From the NCBI GenBank assembly GCA_963722255.1, contig CAVRJO010000001.1:192001-256000 (forward strand): a DNA stretch of 64,000 nt, given 5' to 3'. A program made the translations under genes and the position numbers. The notes under the pieces were generated by a model, which was not told where the DNA came from, did not search any database, and saw nothing but the letters and a program-made list of their open reading frames with translations. Below are positions 19,356-30,132 of the stretch, one piece after another. Position 1 is the stretch's first letter. The number at the start of each line of letters is the position of its first letter. This DNA is from Candidatus Babeliales bacterium (GTDB lineage Bacteria; Babelota; Babeliae; Babelales; JANWKD01).

Positions 19356-20030
19356 TTATTGAGAGTTTAAGGCAAAGAATACCAACTTTCTTTCCTTATT
19401 CTGAACTTTATAGGAACACTCTTTCCAAAAAAAAGGCTGCTCATGAGCAGTTATATGCCAATGGCGCGAAGCCCAATAGACGAGCCGAGCTTTTTTATAA
19501 GGGCACGAAGGACTAAACATACGAACCAGCTCATCAGTATGCAATGAAGCACGGCTTACAAAAAGGTCAATCGGGTACTCGGTTTTTCTCAAAAAGGTCC
19601 GCCAATCCAGTTCCTCAACTTTAATATTTTCTAATTGGAGCTCTTGAACAACTCGTCGTAAAAATTCAGCTTTTTTTGCTGACACTTCTATTAAGGTGAA
19701 TGAAATATGTGGATTTGCAATTTTTAAGGGAATTCCAGGAAATCCGCCACCGGTACCTACATCAGCAATATGGCTAATTGAGGACAAATCGTAACAATTC
19801 ATAAGCGCTAAGGAATCGATAAAATGATGCTCAATAATATCCTTAATAGATGTTATTGCTGTTAAGTTAAACTCCCTACTAGCTTGATAAAAAAGGACTA
19901 AATAGCGTTTAAACTGTTCAATCTGTTGGTCCGTTAACGAAAATTTTTCTTGTAATTGGACAAAAAGCGCTTGGCTTTCCAAATCCAATGATAAGGGGGT
20001 TTCCACGATAATTCCTTGAAACGATAGCAT
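19356..20030 (-). CDS. rsmG: 16S rRNA m7G527 methyltransferase
   Basis: NLTAI, HFIDSL, DVGTGGGFPGIPL, VSRA. Confidence 0.93.
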   Translation of the reverse strand: MLSFQGIIVETPLSLDLESQALFVQLQEKFSLTDQQIEQFKRYLVLFYQASREFNLTAITSIKDIIEHHFIDSLALMNCYDLSSISHIADVGTGGGFPGIPLKIANPHISFTLIEVSAKKAEFLRRVVQELQLENIKVEELDWRTFLRKTEYPIDLFVSRASLHTDELVRMFSPSCPYKKARLVYWASRHWHITAHEQPFFWKECSYKVQNKERKLVFFALNSQ

Positions 20031-20097
20031 TTTGAAATAAATGTTTGTTATAGTAAGTATAACAGTAAGTATATGTAAAGAAAATTAAAGAGAATAT

Positions 20098-20814
20098 ATG
20101 AAAAGTAGATTTTTATTTGGTTTTTTACTATTTTCTATCTCTTTCCTTTCAGCTCGATTACCCGTTAGTTCTATTATAACCTTCTTTTTAGTTGAAGCTC
20201 CCTTCACCTCACCCGAAGAAGATGTAACAAAATTTAATCAAAAAATTGCAATACCGGGAAAAATGGCCAATAAAATTGCAAATGCTTTGACATCACAACC
20301 TAACAAAGGAATTTTTGCAACCTATGGAGGCTATTTAGTTGTTTCAAATTTTAATGGCCAAATAACATTTCCCAGAATGCAACAGAAAACGGATTTTTTT
20401 CTTATCGTTACCGAGAAGATTCAACCAATTTTAATGATTGGAAATACTATTCATCATTGGGAATTTACTAAAATGCCCACAACCATCTATTCAATAGAAA
20501 GAAAACAAAATAGTGAAACAAAACTTTTTTATTGGGATGTTCAAGAAGTTTCCAAGCCAGAAAATAATATTATTCCCCTCAACAGTATTATCATTTTTGC
20601 AAAACCAAAGAATATTATTGTTCCTACTGGCATTACGATCAGTAACGATAATCCCCAACTCATATTGCCTCCTGTTTATGTTGTAAAAAATAATAATAAT
20701 ACTCTACCAGCTCTTGAAACATTGCAAGTACGACAATTTTTTGGCACAATACATTTAGAAAATAAAAAAGAAAATGCTACCTATTATTCATCACAAATAA
20801 TCACTACGCAATAA
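20098..20814 (+). CDS. Hypothetical exported protein
   Basis: 238-aa ORF with signal peptide. Confidence 0.7.
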   Translation: MKSRFLFGFLLFSISFLSARLPVSSIITFFLVEAPFTSPEEDVTKFNQKIAIPGKMANKIANALTSQPNKGIFATYGGYLVVSNFNGQITFPRMQQKTDFFLIVTEKIQPILMIGNTIHHWEFTKMPTTIYSIERKQNSETKLFYWDVQEVSKPENNIIPLNSIIIFAKPKNIIVPTGITISNDNPQLILPPVYVVKNNNNTLPALETLQVRQFFGTIHLENKKENATYYSSQIITTQ

Positions 20815-20887
20815 CCCTTTTGTGCCATTCTAATAAATACTGTTATACTACTGATATATTGTTAACCATTTTCATTAAGGAAATGTC

Positions 20888-21517
20888 ATGAAATTGCAAA
20901 TTTCTTTTGACCTCACTGACTTACAAAAAGCTCTTGATATAGCAACAGATGTAGCACCCTATGCAAGCATACTTGAAGTTGGCTCGCTTCTTCTTTATAA
21001 ATATGGAACACAATCTATTGAAGCATTCCGTAAACAATTTCCTAAAGCAACTCTTTTAGTTGATGCAAAAATAAGTGATAGGGCAAAAGAAGCGGTAACG
21101 ACTCTTTCTCAAGCTGGAGCTGATTGGATCACCGTAATGGCAGGAACAACACCAAATGTTATCCATTCTGCTTGTACAACAGCACATGAACTCAATAAAA
21201 AAATAATGCTTGATCTTCTTGATGCGAGTTCTCTTGGTCAATCTGCACTTGAAGCAAAAGGCCATGGCGTTGATGCTCTCCTTTTTCATACACCACATGA
21301 TGAAGAAGCTTCGTTACTATTTCTGGATAAATGGGACATTGTACGAGGCAACACTACCTTACCAATTTTTATATCAGGTAAAATCTCTCGCACAATTATT
21401 GATAAAATTTTATCAATAAAACCGGATGGAATCATTATTGGAAAATCAGTGGTTGATGCAGCAAATCCAGCAGAAGAGGCAGAATTTTACCAAAAAATAT
21501 GCAATTCAGAACTATAA
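20888..21517 (+). CDS. Hexulose-6-phosphate synthase / KGPDC-like protein (OMP decarboxylase fold)
   Basis: MKLQISFD, LEVGSLL, DAKISD, AGADWITV. Confidence 0.8.
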   Translation: MKLQISFDLTDLQKALDIATDVAPYASILEVGSLLLYKYGTQSIEAFRKQFPKATLLVDAKISDRAKEAVTTLSQAGADWITVMAGTTPNVIHSACTTAHELNKKIMLDLLDASSLGQSALEAKGHGVDALLFHTPHDEEASLLFLDKWDIVRGNTTLPIFISGKISRTIIDKILSIKPDGIIIGKSVVDAANPAEEAEFYQKICNSEL

Positions 21518-21532
21518 CTTTATGCTATGCCA

Positions 21533-24500
21533 TCAACCTATATAAAGTTTTGAGGGTGAAAGAATATCGTTAGTTCTTGCGTCAATTGAAGGTTTAAGAC
21601 TTTTTTTAATAGCATCAGCAGAAATTTCACCATAAAAAGTATACATAAATAAATAGCTAAACGCTTCATAAAGCTTTAAGGCAAATTGTGCAATGGCGCT
21701 ATAACCAACTGCCCTATTGAAGGTATCTGATGAACTTTTAACCTTATTTTCAAATAATGAAAACCCTGTGTTTATCATTGCTACAAAATCCTTACCGTCA
21801 GGAAAATTCGTACGATTCATCATAAGCGTTACTGACCCAATAGTATCAAAGGCTATATTATTTTTTTTTGAAAATGTCGTAAGAAGTTCTAATGCAGAGT
21901 CATGAACCTTTTCGATGGTTTTATCATCAAGTGCTAACCACGTTAAAATCGAAGGCGCGTCAATATTTGAAATACCTTGTGTTATATAACTATTAGTAAC
22001 ATTATAAAAAATAAGCGCATCAAGAACTAGATTTCTCAAATCTTCCATCGTAGAAGCTTCTTCGGCTGAAATAGCTTCCGCTGAAGAACCCTTTGATAAA
22101 TATTTAATTAAAAGATCATTAAAGTTAATTGTTTCACCGGTATCTGCTATAGTAATTGGTTCGGTTAATGCTTTTTGAAATTGTCCCATCTTTAGTGTAG
22201 AACCCTTGGTTAATGCTGAAAGATAGTTCAAATAATAATGATCAATCGTTTTTTGAACTTCAAGCGTCTGTGGTTGAATTCTTTTAGATAAGGAAGCAGC
22301 AGTATAAAAATAAGAGATTGAATCAAAGTACTTACCTTGTTCTACTAAAAGATTTCCTGCAAAATTATGATTAACTGCTATATCTGCATACAAAGAACTA
22401 TCAAGATTATAGGTAGTAATTGCTACGATATATTTTTGAAGAATATCCTTTAAAATATCAACATAGTTAAACGATAAAGGGTCTCCGACCAAAAAGTTTT
22501 TGAGCGTATCGCCCCAATTTTTGTACGTAACGCCAATGAGAGTATGTATTGGTTTATAATTTTTATTTGTTTTAGAAACAAGATCATTTGCAAGCGGAAC
22601 AGTATAGTAACTTATCATTTGATTAAAAAGAGTATCTACTGAAGCTTTTAATTCTGAATAACTATCTAACACAACCGCCATATCTTTTTTATTACTTTTG
22701 ATAAGATTTTTCCATGCATCACTTTTCTGCAATTTTGTAAGTTGTTCTTGGTAAGAATACCCTTCACTCAAATAGGTCATCACTTGTTTAGTAACCATTG
22801 CATCATATTCTTGCTGATCATTGCCATGGGGCAATGATGCTTGCCCAACAGAGATTGTTTCATCTTCAGGTCCTGGTTTAAATAATGTAGCTGCCCATGA
22901 ATAATAAACAATAACCGCAGGATAGCGTGGATAATAGTTTTTTGTACCAACTATTCGAGGTATGGGTAAAGAATAGATATACAATACAAACTGTTTATCT
23001 GCTTTTTGCTGAAGCACAAAGTTCATACTTTTTTTAGCAGCTCGTTCCTGGAATAATGCCTTCATCTTTCCGGCAAAGCCGATCATAGTTACAAAAGCAA
23101 TCTTTTGATTATCATCAAGAGCTGTAAAAACAGGATTAATTTTAAGCTCATCATATTTCAGTGAAACAAGCGGCATTAAGCTCGTAAACTTTTCAGGATC
23201 ATTGATTTTATTATATATATATAACTCTACAGCTAGGTTGATGAGAAAATCAGTAGTCTTTGTTGGATCCGTTTTTAAAAAATCAAGATTTGGAAACCCT
23301 TTTGATATATCTGATGGCACGGATTGTCCATACAATTGCAACTCATATGATTCGGGAACCTGCATACCCGCAACAGATACTTGCCCTTGTGGAATAACTA
23401 AATCTCGGTAAAGCGATGCCAAATATAATGTGTTCGAAAGAGCGAGTCGTCTGATAAATTGAGGAGTAATTTGTTGACCTGCATCAGTGTAACGTTGACG
23501 CGCTGAACTATAAGCAGAATAAGCAATTTTATAATTTTTTTGATTAAAATAATGATCTCCAACCTGATTATAAAGATTTGCAAGCTTAAGGATAAGATTA
23601 GGCAACTCTATGGTTTTTTTCAATGTTATATAGGTATAAAGTACCGTTTCTGATTTTCCTTCCTTTTCTAGCATCATACAATTTGTACGTTGTTCAGGTG
23701 TTAATGATATGCCAACTGAAGTTAAAATATTCTTCTGTTGATCAAGCGCCTGATCTATTTGCTCTGCCCAAATAATTACTTTCTCTTGATCAATTGTCGC
23801 TGTGGTAAGCAAATTCGCTTGATTTACGATGGCACTAAGCAATCCTTGAATGTCACCGTAAGAAACTTCAAGCAATTTATCAATCTTTTGCTTAAGTGCA
23901 ACAGCCTCTTCTTCTTCATTATCATTTATGCGCAGAATAAATTGTTGATACCATAGCATTGCTAAACCCAGTTCTGGATTCACCGTGACATATTTTTTAT
24001 AATTTTCTGCATATTCATTTACTGCATTAATAAATGCAGCTTTTGCTTCTATTTTTCCTAAATGATATAAAGAAATATATTGTTGCAATAACTGGTCCCA
24101 CTGCTGAGAAGCGCTACTGGTATAAATTCCCTTAACATTTTTTGGCACCCAATCAGCATATGTCATTGCTAACAACTTTTTTTCATTGGTTTGCGCTTCA
24201 ACAAATAGTTTTTCAACTGCATCTTTTGACTTCGCTAGCTGACTAAGCTTTGATGTAAGAAAATTTTGAAACGTAAGAGGCAAAAATTGATTACGATTAT
24301 AAGCATTGATATAATAAGCTAGTTCTATCTCAACATATTGCGTTATTTGACCAGCAAGTTCGATACTCGATTTTGCAATATATCGTTGAGCCAAAATCTC
24401 AAAATTAAAAGGCGTTTCAGTAACTTTGTTTAAAAAAAAGGAAGGTACAAACTTATTAAGCTCTTGATTAGCTGCATACAGAAGATCGGCCTTCTTAAAT

Positions 24501-26404
24501 AGTTGCAGCGCATTTTGGTAATAGGTTGACTCTGCATCCTGCAAATTTGCAACTGTTTTTAATTGCAGCAATCTATCGCCATTTTGCAATGCTTCATACG
24601 CTTGACGTAAAGACATTAAAAGATCAACTGCAACAGATAGATTATTATTAAGGCGTTCAATATCTACCGATTGGGGCAATAAGGGATTGTTTGTTCTTAC
24701 CGCCTTATAGCTTGCTAAAGCATCTTGATAATACCCATAAACGGCTTGATACAGTTGTAATAAATCTGAAAATAGCTGACTTGCTTGATCCGAAATTAAC
24801 GTCCCATCAAGACTATTGCTGTAATTCAAATAAGCTTCGATATTCGTTTTATTGCTACTTTCAAACTTATTAAATAGTTCTCCAGCAGTCTTAAGCGCAT
24901 AGTTACTTTCAAGATCTGATAAAATAATTAAAACTTTATTAGCATCAAGAAGATCCGCTCCTTGTTCAAAAAAAGTTTGAGCCTGCTTGTAATATGTAAT
25001 CGTTTTATTAGAATCACCCGATCGCTGCATTATTTTTGCTTGTGCCAATGCCGCAAGAGCATCTGATAAATTTTTTGATAAATTCAAATTTTCTTGAGCC
25101 TGCGCTCCTTCTCCTGCTTGCGTAAAGTAAGAAGCCGCTTGCTTATAATATTCAATAAGTTTGGTAATACTAGCAGTATTGTCTTGAGCCATTTGCAAAC
25201 TCTTTAACAAAGATTGTGCGCTATTTACATACAGTATCGCCATAGCAGTATTAATCAGATTTATATCTTCCTTGACTGTTTTATTTGATTGCGACATTAC
25301 TGACAATTCACTCATAAGTCCATTATAGAACGCAAGCGCATAAGCACGTTGCTGTTCTGTAGGATTAGTCATTGTATTTGCTAACGTTTGTAATGCATTT
25401 TTGTAAACATTAAAGGTTATTTGAATCTTTTTCTTCCAATAATCATTAACTAACGTTGCTTGCTCATTAGCATCAGTAAAATATTTTTTTATCTCATTTT
25501 GTACTACTCCATCATAACCATACCGCACCAAAGCAATGTCTTTAGGATTGTTTGTACCAAGCAATCGTATAACCGTATCACTTAATAGTTTATAATAGTC
25601 ATCACCCAACTTTTTATTGTGTAATGCTGCTACTTGATCATAGGTTCTATCTAATAAAAAATTACCTATATTTTTTAAAGAGGCAATTAACAAACTATTA
25701 GAATCATTCACATCAATTGAACCAAACGAACTATAAACCTTAAATGCTAAAGCTGCAACAGACTGCCATTGCTGAACAATTGCATCTACTTTTGATACAT
25801 CATAGGGCTTTTTATAGGTTTCTAGACCAAAAAGCTGCATAGCTTGTAGCGCTTTAGTGAAAGAACCATATATTTTTTCAATCCCTTCAAGTTCAGCTGC
25901 CATTCTTTTTTGATATGCCTGCTGCGCCAGCTGCACTTTTTTTTCTTCTTCAGCCTGCTTTGCTAATGCTTCTTTATTTTCTACTGCTTGTTGTGAATTT
26001 AAGTAGTTTGTTAACTGTTGATCGACATCAATAAACACTAAAGAAACCAACTGTTTTATGTTTTGTTGAGCAGTTGTACTAATCGAAGAAATCTGTTCTG
26101 CTGCATCCAATTTTTCAATAAGATTTGTACTCTGAGTTTTTGGCTCTAAGGGCTTTATTGCTTCAAGAGCTGTTGAATAAATCTTATCAATTTTGCTTTC
26201 TACACCATTAAGCGAAACAAGCCATGTTTTTTTTACAGCATCGGGTAGAGGAGTAAGTTTGGATAACAGATCAGCTACTATTTTCTTTTCAGTTTGATAC
26301 GTCGTTTGTAAATCCTGCTCAGCAGAGGTTACCGGATATACCGTAGAATAAAATGTAAACCAACCAATTATCCCTATACTGACTGCCATCATTCGCTTCA
26401 TCAT
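21533..26404 (-). CDS. Very large secreted alpha-helical (TPR-like) protein
   Basis: 1623-aa ORF, signal peptide, coiled coil, recurring A..YY..A..YF helices. Confidence 0.75.
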   Translation of the reverse strand: MMKRMMAVSIGIIGWFTFYSTVYPVTSAEQDLQTTYQTEKKIVADLLSKLTPLPDAVKKTWLVSLNGVESKIDKIYSTALEAIKPLEPKTQSTNLIEKLDAAEQISSISTTAQQNIKQLVSLVFIDVDQQLTNYLNSQQAVENKEALAKQAEEEKKVQLAQQAYQKRMAAELEGIEKIYGSFTKALQAMQLFGLETYKKPYDVSKVDAIVQQWQSVAALAFKVYSSFGSIDVNDSNSLLIASLKNIGNFLLDRTYDQVAALHNKKLGDDYYKLLSDTVIRLLGTNNPKDIALVRYGYDGVVQNEIKKYFTDANEQATLVNDYWKKKIQITFNVYKNALQTLANTMTNPTEQQRAYALAFYNGLMSELSVMSQSNKTVKEDINLINTAMAILYVNSAQSLLKSLQMAQDNTASITKLIEYYKQAASYFTQAGEGAQAQENLNLSKNLSDALAALAQAKIMQRSGDSNKTITYYKQAQTFFEQGADLLDANKVLIILSDLESNYALKTAGELFNKFESSNKTNIEAYLNYSNSLDGTLISDQASQLFSDLLQLYQAVYGYYQDALASYKAVRTNNPLLPQSVDIERLNNNLSVAVDLLMSLRQAYEALQNGDRLLQLKTVANLQDAESTYYQNALQLFKKADLLYAANQELNKFVPSFFLNKVTETPFNFEILAQRYIAKSSIELAGQITQYVEIELAYYINAYNRNQFLPLTFQNFLTSKLSQLAKSKDAVEKLFVEAQTNEKKLLAMTYADWVPKNVKGIYTSSASQQWDQLLQQYISLYHLGKIEAKAAFINAVNEYAENYKKYVTVNPELGLAMLWYQQFILRINDNEEEEAVALKQKIDKLLEVSYGDIQGLLSAIVNQANLLTTATIDQEKVIIWAEQIDQALDQQKNILTSVGISLTPEQRTNCMMLEKEGKSETVLYTYITLKKTIELPNLILKLANLYNQVGDHYFNQKNYKIAYSAYSSARQRYTDAGQQITPQFIRRLALSNTLYLASLYRDLVIPQGQVSVAGMQVPESYELQLYGQSVPSDISKGFPNLDFLKTDPTKTTDFLINLAVELYIYNKINDPEKFTSLMPLVSLKYDELKINPVFTALDDNQKIAFVTMIGFAGKMKALFQERAAKKSMNFVLQQKADKQFVLYIYSLPIPRIVGTKNYYPRYPAVIVYYSWAATLFKPGPEDETISVGQASLPHGNDQQEYDAMVTKQVMTYLSEGYSYQEQLTKLQKSDAWKNLIKSNKKDMAVVLDSYSELKASVDTLFNQMISYYTVPLANDLVSKTNKNYKPIHTLIGVTYKNWGDTLKNFLVGDPLSFNYVDILKDILQKYIVAITTYNLDSSLYADIAVNHNFAGNLLVEQGKYFDSISYFYTAASLSKRIQPQTLEVQKTIDHYYLNYLSALTKGSTLKMGQFQKALTEPITIADTGETINFNDLLIKYLSKGSSAEAISAEEASTMEDLRNLVLDALIFYNVTNSYITQGISNIDAPSILTWLALDDKTIEKVHDSALELLTTFSKKNNIAFDTIGSVTLMMNRTNFPDGKDFVAMINTGFSLFENKVKSSSDTFNRAVGYSAIAQFALKLYEAFSYLFMYTFYGEISADAIKKSLKPSIDARTNDILSPSKLYIG

Positions 26405-26477
26405 AGTTCTCCAATAAATAACTCTAATTAGTTACTTAACTGTAAAATAAGCGATTCAGGCAATACAATAGTTCTTT

Positions 26478-28226
26478 TTATGAAACTTTAAATTGATCAT
26501 TATACATTTCTTTGATTTCCTCAGGTGTCGTTGATTGCTCTGCTTTTTTATCAAGAACATAATCAATAAAACGTGGGAAACGTAATGCGTAGCCTAAACT
26601 AGTTTCAGTTTTAGCTGCAGTATGTAGTGGAGACAAGGTAATTTCATCAGCAAGAATAGAACACACAATTTCAGGAGCTACCCAAACATCAGGATAAAGT
26701 TCCTTTGGACATTCAACATTGTTTGGCTTATGATCTACGGCTAATGCATCAGATTTTTTTTTCAACTCTTTCCATCCATCATCCTTTAAGCCTGTTCCAA
26801 TTTTGGCTATTGTTTGAAAACAGTCTCTATGAGGATTATAGATTCCTACTAAAAAAGCACCTATACCCAATGAAGAACGTCGACCTTTGCCTTGATAATA
26901 ACCTAAAACAACACAGTCTATTGTGTCTTCAACATGGCTATTTACCATCCGCTTGAATTTGATCCAGTTGAAATTTCTTTTACCGGCCTGGTATACGGAA
27001 TTATCTTTTTTAACCATTATTCCTTCAAGCCCAGAATCTATATTTTTTAAAAAATAGTCTTTTAGTTCTTGGGCCGAATTAATGCTGACCTCCGGAATCA
27101 CGTGTATTACCGACCCTTGATAATTTTTTAAAATCTCTAGCAATCTATCTCTACGTTCATGATGAGTTTCATTAATTAATTCTTTGCCATTCAAATAGAG
27201 AATATCAAAAACGTAGAGCTGCAATGGGAATTCGGTAACCGCTTCCTCAATACCATGCTTCCTTTTTCTTTTTACGGTCTCTTGAAACGGAACAAAACTT
27301 CCTGTATTAGGATCATATACAATAGCCTCACCTTCACAAATCATTGTTTTGACAGGCAATTGCAAGAATTCTGTAACCAAATCGGGAAACATTTCAGACA
27401 TATCTATAAGATTTCTTGAAAAAAAATGAACAACAGGATTCAACAAATCCGTTTTATCCAAATGAATCTGAAGTCTAAAGCCATCAAGTTTTGGTTGCGC
27501 GATGGAAGCACCAACGCGTTCAAAAATTGCTTCGGCAGTTGGCAAACGTTCTGCAGCTGCCATACGAATAGGAATACCGAGCTTACACTGTAATTTCTCA
27601 ATTCCTGCGATACCGTCTACTTTAATTGTTTTAGCAATATAACCAATATCAGCACATAGATTATATGCCTCTTCAATCTTTTTATGCAAACTTTTATCAC
27701 CGGTTTCCATCCAAGAAAGAGCATCAATGAGAGTCATATCAGAAAATCCAAGGCGCAATTTACCTAAAATAATGCGTACTACATATTGAGCTGACAAAGA
27801 ATCTAAATCTCGAAGCAACGCTAAAGTAAAAAGAGATCTTTCTTCCTGAGACCCGGCACCACTTAATTTTTCAAGATGCAATAATTTAGTATATACATCA
27901 ATTACCGACAATTTCTTTTCCGGCGTCCAATTTTTTGTTGCTATAACTAAACCTAAATCACCTAAACTCTTTGCTTTTTGTTCAATCTCTTCTTGACTAG
28001 ATTCTAAAAGCAAAGCAACTACTTTGAGCAAGCTTTTCTCAGCCATATTAAATTGCGTTCCACCTTGATATGAAGGCCTAACAAGACCAAGCGACAGGTT
28101 ACAAATAATTTCAGACTCATCTGCTGAAGTATCGTGTAAAAGCTCGGCTAATATTTTGGTGATTTCAATACGAGATGAAACATGGCCAATTTTTTCAAAT
28201 GCCTGTGCTACCTTAGTAAAATCCAT
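26478..28226 (-). CDS. lig: ATP-dependent DNA ligase (archaeal/eukaryal type)
   Basis: N-terminal DNA-binding domain (LGKLRLG), KLDGFR, EGE, FDILY, EGIMVK, WIKFK, LRFPRF; probable start MDFTKV at 28226. Confidence 0.93.
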   Translation of the reverse strand: MDFTKVAQAFEKIGHVSSRIEITKILAELLHDTSADESEIICNLSLGLVRPSYQGGTQFNMAEKSLLKVVALLLESSQEEIEQKAKSLGDLGLVIATKNWTPEKKLSVIDVYTKLLHLEKLSGAGSQEERSLFTLALLRDLDSLSAQYVVRIILGKLRLGFSDMTLIDALSWMETGDKSLHKKIEEAYNLCADIGYIAKTIKVDGIAGIEKLQCKLGIPIRMAAAERLPTAEAIFERVGASIAQPKLDGFRLQIHLDKTDLLNPVVHFFSRNLIDMSEMFPDLVTEFLQLPVKTMICEGEAIVYDPNTGSFVPFQETVKRKRKHGIEEAVTEFPLQLYVFDILYLNGKELINETHHERRDRLLEILKNYQGSVIHVIPEVSINSAQELKDYFLKNIDSGLEGIMVKKDNSVYQAGKRNFNWIKFKRMVNSHVEDTIDCVVLGYYQGKGRRSSLGIGAFLVGIYNPHRDCFQTIAKIGTGLKDDGWKELKKKSDALAVDHKPNNVECPKELYPDVWVAPEIVCSILADEITLSPLHTAAKTETSLGYALRFPRFIDYVLDKKAEQSTTPEEIKEMYNDQFKVS

Positions 28227-28314
28227 AGAATTCCAATTCTTTTGACGATTAAAAAAGTTTTCACGGTAATAAACACAATAAACAATACTACTCAAGCACA
28301 GGAAATAAAATAGA

Positions 28315-28896
28315 TTAAATTTTAGCTTTTTTTGAGGCAAAGTAACGTCTAATATTTGTTTCATGTCGCCATAAACCCCAAATAGATATAAAAAAAGCAA
28401 GCATAATAAAATCAGTATCACAAGGCATTAAAGACCATACGCAATAGGGAACTGCTAATAATCCCACTACACATGAGATACCCATATTATTCGTTACAAG
28501 CGCTACTGGAAGCCAAACAAATACAAGATAGATAAGCACACTTGGATTAATTGCCAATAAGATGCCTAATGATGTTGCAACTCCTTTGCCGCCTTTTCCT
28601 TGGAGAAAAAACGAGATACTATTACCCAGCAACAAAGCCATTGCCCCTGCAATAATAGAGATGGAATCTGCCTTACAAAACTGTAGGACTCTAAGGAATA
28701 AAAAGGCCTTTAAGGAATCAATACATAACACAATAATAAAGTAGCGTAATCCCAGTATGCGACCAACATTTGTCGCGCCTATGTTACCTGAACCATATTT
28801 TGTAATATCATTGATACCGGCTTTATACGCAAGTAGCCATCCTGAAGGAATAGCGCCTATGCAATAACCAAGAAATGCAGATAGTAAATAGACCAT
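28315..28896 (-). CDS. plsY: Glycerol-3-phosphate acyltransferase
   Basis: GAIPSG, GSGNIGATNVGR, KGGKGVATSLG, RHETNIRR. Confidence 0.93.
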   Translation of the reverse strand: MVYLLSAFLGYCIGAIPSGWLLAYKAGINDITKYGSGNIGATNVGRILGLRYFIIVLCIDSLKAFLFLRVLQFCKADSISIIAGAMALLLGNSISFFLQGKGGKGVATSLGILLAINPSVLIYLVFVWLPVALVTNNMGISCVVGLLAVPYCVWSLMPCDTDFIMLAFFISIWGLWRHETNIRRYFASKKAKI

Positions 28897-28996
28897 AATC
28901 TCAAAGCTATTTTGTATGTTATTTTAATAGTACAACCACTAGTATACACGTAATTGGTTTTTTATTCAAAATATGTGGTCTTTTCTTAAACCTCTA

Positions 28997-30100
28997 TAGC
29001 GCCCCGCTTTAATTTCCGCACAAATGTGCTATACTATCCTTAAAATTTTAAAAAGGAGAAGCGAATGGCATTCAGTCTTGATTTAAGAGAACGAGTAATA
29101 GGGGCAGTTGATGGTGGCATGCATATAGACGAGGCCGCTAAAATATTTGATGTCAGCAGAAGGGTAATTTATGAATGGTTAGAATTACGAAAAAAAACTG
29201 GCGAGCTCAAACCAAAAACAGGTTATCAAAAAGGCCATAGCCACAAAATTACAGACTTGGAAAAATTCAAAGCATTTGCAAATTCTAATAAGCAATGTAC
29301 ATCCCCACAAATGGTTATTAGATGGGAGCAACTTACAGGCGTGAAGGTCTCTGAAGACGTGATGCTACGGATGCTTAAAAAGATTGGTTTTACATCTAAA
29401 AAAAAACTTTTAGCTACGCCGAAGCAAATGCAAAAACCCAAACGAATGCGTATCGCATTTAAATTTAGAAGATAATTAAAGACAATTCATGATCCAGCAA
29501 AAATCATTTACTCTGTATGACAACACTGGAAATTGTACTGATAATGAGGTCGATTCTTACTGGGTTTTAATGGGCACCAGCAAGGAATAGAACGTTCGCC
29601 AATGCGCAAAAACCATAAGACTCGAATCGTTATTAATTTGACTTTGATCCGTTATAAAACTATCACTGGCCATTTGCACTGTATAATTCTATTAATTCGT
29701 GATAAAGCCTTCTAGTAACGTAGCGCAATCAATTTTGTCTTGGCAAGCCAACGATTAATATAGCGATAATTCTGCTGCTCATTTATGAAACTTTACGTAG
29801 AACACTGTTGTTGGCTCCGTGTGTTAGAACTGCGAATGAGTACTTATGCTGCTAAATCTGAAACCAATCCTTTGCTAGCTTCCATAAATCTAAAAAAATA
29901 ATTCTAGATCTTATTCGATAGCACTTGTGCAGAGTTATATTATTACCCCCACATTCACCTGATTTTAACCCAATTGAGCATCATTGGACGGCTGTCAAAA
30001 ATGCAATCAGAAAAGCTGTTTGAAAATATTAAAGATTTTTATGAAGCAGCTGAATTTATGTCATTGAGTGTTAATGTGCGCTGCTTAACGAGGGGCGCTC
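28997..30100 (+). mobile_element. IS630-family insertion sequence, decayed
   Basis: Imperfect terminal inverted repeats TAGCGCCCCGCTTTAATTTCCGCACA / TGTGCGCTGCTTAACGAGGGGCGCTC flanked by TA at 28995-28996 and 30101-30102. Confidence 0.85.
29065..30050 (+). pseudogene. IS630 transposase: intact HTH ORF, disrupted DDE domain
   Basis: MAFSLDLRERV HTH ORF 29065-29475; A-run near 29398-29406 (typical frameshift site); remnant LPPHSPDFNPIEHHW near 29942-29990; stops and indels in between. Confidence 0.85.
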
Positions 30101-30132
30101 TATCGTAGCAGATAGAGGTTTAAATCATTTTT

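Noticed and set aside
28227..28421. N-terminal extension of DNA ligase in ORF track
   Set aside because: Overlaps plsY; homology-like sequence starts at MDFTKV (28226)
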